In this document: piece by piece, positions 63,830-64,000 of the stretch | Position numbering within the stretch: the stretch's first letter is position 1 | How the letters are laid out: the number at the start of each line of letters is the position of its first letter | Assembly (NCBI RefSeq): GCF_030028105.1 | Contig: NC_092402.1 | Span: 64,839,110 to 64,903,109 of the forward strand | Length of the DNA stretch: 64,000 nt | Origin: Mobula birostris | Lineage: Eukaryota | Reading direction: 5' to 3' | The notes under the pieces: generated by a model | Database searches by the model: none | What the model was told of the DNA's origin: nothing | What the model saw: the letters and a program-made list of their open reading frames with translations, nothing else | Position numbers and translations under genes: made by a program

Positions 63830-64000
63830 ATTCAAAAATTTCAGTTTATTCAGTGTTACAGAAATGCCACAAAAGATAAATCCCCAACATAAAATGAGTC
63901 AAAATCACAAATCAGAGCACCACATCTAAAACTTTGATTAATTTCCTATTTTCAAAGGCCCAAGAAGTAAAGGATGAACTTTCCACTTTTCCCACAAACC
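63830..64000 (-). other. 3' UTR and polyA signal of a further keratin gene carrying tail B (its exon 9 CDS expected just outside the window)
   Basis: Copy of ~48375-48544; AATAAA on the minus strand at 63845-63850. Confidence 0.75.

Larger units (their letters stand above)
51924..64000. repeat. Tandem segmental duplication, unit 2 (truncated by window end)
   Basis: Near-identical to 36507-48544, with scattered SNPs and a longer (CA)n. Confidence 0.95.

Noticed and set aside
36507-64000. Duplication as a pure haplotype false duplication
   Set aside because: Not fully excluded, but disfavoured: the junction joins intron 8 to intron 8 of a different paralog in a way that preserves the frame, which is unlikely for a random mis-join.
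1-64000. Prokaryote-type systems (CRISPR arrays, operons) and true tRNA/rRNA genes
   Set aside because: None seen. The sequence is intron-containing vertebrate DNA, and the tRNA-like boxes belong to V-SINE heads.

Overview
Vertebrate genomic DNA. The repeat content (CR1, Rex1/L2-like and Tx1-like LINEs, Penelope-like elements, V-SINEs, Tc1 derivatives) suggests a cartilaginous fish, which is an inference. The window is part of a type II (K8-like) keratin cluster. It holds three complete 9-exon genes whose internal exon sizes (209/61/96/165/126/221 nt) are canonical for type II keratins: gene 1 (+, 789-19296, 447 aa, TE-expanded introns) and two convergent, compact, CpG-rich genes on the minus strand, gene A (35600-39877, 491 aa) and gene B (48736-55294, 490 aa). 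The main discovery is a very recent 15,417-bp tandem duplication (36507-51923, repeated from 51924 past the window end) with its breakpoint inside intron 8. As a result A and B share apparently identical exons 1-8 but splice to different last exons, so one of them is a Lepore-type chimeric, tail-swapped keratin. The shared rod has non-canonical helix-initiation and helix-termination motifs ([10 protein letters not shown] in place of TYRKLLEGEE) and a stop-free, in-frame 120-nt intron 1. Intergenic and intronic DNA contains nested retroelements, including Penelope-like elements with minimal hammerhead ribozymes.
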